Shown here piece after piece: positions 62,452 to 64,000 of a stretch of 64,000 bases of DNA (its first letter is position 1; each line of letters starts with the position of its first letter). The stretch is from the NCBI GenBank assembly GCA_963663765.2, contig CAXXUA010000004.1, forward strand, positions 992,001 to 1,056,000, written 5' to 3'. Position numbers and translations under genes: made by a program. The notes beneath the pieces are model-generated. The model searched no databases, was not told where the DNA came from, and was given only the letters and a program-made list of their open reading frames with translations. This DNA is from Candidatus Poribacteria bacterium (GTDB taxonomy: Bacteria > Poribacteria > WGA-4E > WGA-3G).

Positions 62452-64000
62452 CTATTTCAGTATCAACATCTTCCGTGTAGTTGAGACCTTGCCAGCAGTG
62501 AATGTATAGAAATACACGCCACTTACGACGGGTTCTCCTTGTGTGTTTTTGCCATCCCAATGGGCTGCAAGACTCTGATGGTGATAGGTGCCAATGGGTT
62601 GGTGTCCTAAGTCTAAGGTGCGTATCAACTTGCCATCTGCAGCATAGATTGAGATGCTGACATCTGAAGGCTGCGCCAACTGATACGGTATCCACGTTTC
62701 AGGGTTGAATGGGTTTGGATAGTTCGGTAAGAGTGCGGTTTCTTTGGGTGTCAGAGATGCAAGCAATTGCTCCAATACCAAAATACCCCGTTGGAAAGTA
62801 GGATCAGATAGGTTGAGTTGTCGCGCTGCCTGAAGCCACTGTTCCACTTGCGCTCTTGTAGGAGCGATCTCCGAATCACGACCCCATACCACAGGTGCAG
62901 ATGCTGTATTCCCAAACGCAGCTGCTACGAGTGTTAGATCAATAATATTGACACCCCCATCTCCATTGACATCAGCAACATTTTCGCCTGTTTTACCGAA
63001 GTTAGTGGCTACGAGTGTTAGATCAATAATATTGACGATACCGTCTTTATTGACATCTTCGGGGAGTCGCAGTGGTTTTGTAATTTCTGCGTTTGCTATA
63101 CTTGGTACCGCGGTATCACCAGTCTTATCTGTTAATAACACATCGAATAGTGTTACAGTAGAAGCTTTAAGTGCAACTACTTCAAATATGATTGTGGCAA
63201 GTGTGCCATCACCCATTGATTCTGTATTATATGCAGATGCTGCGAGTGTGACGCTATTACCTGAAACAACTGGTGTAATACGGTAAGATTCCGATGGTAG
63301 ATAATCTTCATTGGTACTATCAACATACTTCAGGGTTGTGTGATCAAAGAAGACAGTGGCTTGGTATCCGAAGACATTCTGTCCATCTGCAATGTTGAGA
63401 GAAAATGTGAGTTGTTCACCCACACTTGGAGATGCAACACTCGCAGGCGAGAGACTGACGGTGATGTTTGATGTTGGCGTAGGGTTGAGATCCCACAGCA
63501 GCACCGTACCGTCCCCACTCCCACTTGCAAGTAGGTTGCCTTTCGGACTGAACGCTACACTGTAGACCCAACCCGTATGTCCTTCGAGTTTTCTGATATG
63601 TGTACCTGTGTGTACATTCCACAACCGGACGGTGTGGTCATAACTGCTACTTGCGATGGTGTTACCATCCGGACTAAAAGACACGCTAAAGACCGTACCC
63701 GTATGTCCAATAAGCGTTCTGATATGCTCACCTGTACGTGCGTTCCATATATGAATATCATTAGAATTCCCACTGGCGATAGTGTTGCCATCCGGACTAA
63801 ACGCTACAGTACTGACACTTGACGCATTTCCTTCGAGCGTTTTGATATGTGCGCCAGTGTTTGCATTCCACAAACGGATAATGTTACCATCATACCCACT
63901 TGCGACAGAGTTGCCATCGGAACTGAACTTTACGCTTTTGACGCTATCCGTATGTCCTTCGATAGTTCTGATATGCTCGCCAGTATTTGCGTTCCATAGG
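62452..64000 (-). CDS. WD40-repeat protein with cohesin, dockerin/EF-hand and C-terminal FlgD-Ig/T9SS-like domain (5' end outside the window)
   Basis: 'GHT..V.SV.FSPDG.TIAS.S.D.TV.LW' repeats; 'DVN.DG.VNIIDLTLVA' twice; 'ETALLPNYPNPFNPETWIPYQL...WDGKN..GE.V.SGVYFY'. Confidence 0.93.
   Translation of the reverse strand, partial: LWNANTGEHIRTIEGHTDSVKSVKFSSDGNSVASGYDGNIIRLWNANTGAHIKTLEGNASSVSTVAFSPDGNTIASGNSNDIHIWNARTGEHIRTLIGHTGTVFSVSFSPDGNTIASSSYDHTVRLWNVHTGTHIRKLEGHTGWVYSVAFSPKGNLLASGSGDGTVLLWDLNPTPTSNITVSLSPASVASPSVGEQLTFSLNIADGQNVFGYQATVFFDHTTLKYVDSTNEDYLPSESYRITPVVSGNSVTLAASAYNTESMGDGTLATIIFEVVALKASTVTLFDVLLTDKTGDTAVPSIANAEITKPLRLPEDVNKDGIVNIIDLTLVATNFGKTGENVADVNGDGGVNIIDLTLVAAAFGNTASAPVVWGRDSEIAPTRAQVEQWLQAARQLNLSDPTFQRGILVLEQLLASLTPKETALLPNYPNPFNPETWIPYQLAQPSDVSISIYAADGKLIRTLDLGHQPIGTYHHQSLAAHWDGKNTQGEPVVSGVYFYTFTAGKVSTTRKMLILK

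Noticed and set aside
1-64000. tRNA, rRNA, reverse transcriptase, cas4 or RAYT genes
   Set aside because: None recognised by eye; small structured RNAs cannot be excluded without a covariance-model search

Overview
AT-rich (roughly 40% GC by eye) bacterial chromosome segment. Protein styles suggest Candidatus Poribacteria (inference): LamG/malectin proteins ending in a 'AV.P..KL.TTWG.LK' tail, a WD40-cohesin-dockerin protein ending 'ETALLPNYPNPFNPETWIPYQL', and microcompartment genes. The centrepiece (21.4-37.9 kb) is a complete type III-D variant (III-Dv-like) CRISPR-Cas locus: HD-less Cas10, Cas7-Cas5-Cas11 fusion, Cas7-Cas7, Csx19, Cas6, Cas2, Cas1, a Card1/Can2-like CARF nuclease, and a 56-repeat array. 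Two features of the locus are unusual. (i) The 'Cas7-insertion' subunit appears to lack its large insertion and instead carries an N-terminal RRM RNA-binding domain. (ii) An inverted one-spacer mini-array lies between cas2 and cas1. The window also has a MoxR/DUF58 cluster, an intact ISAs1-family IS, a decayed IS5, a satellite BMC locus, three tandem fused MNT-HEPN genes and peptide ABC ATPases. Intergenic DNA is dense with GTAG-type REP palindromes carried inside several MITE 'shells'. The REPs are themselves invaded by 34-54 bp hairpin insertions ending in TTGATTTG. All family assignments are from motif recognition by eye, not database searches.
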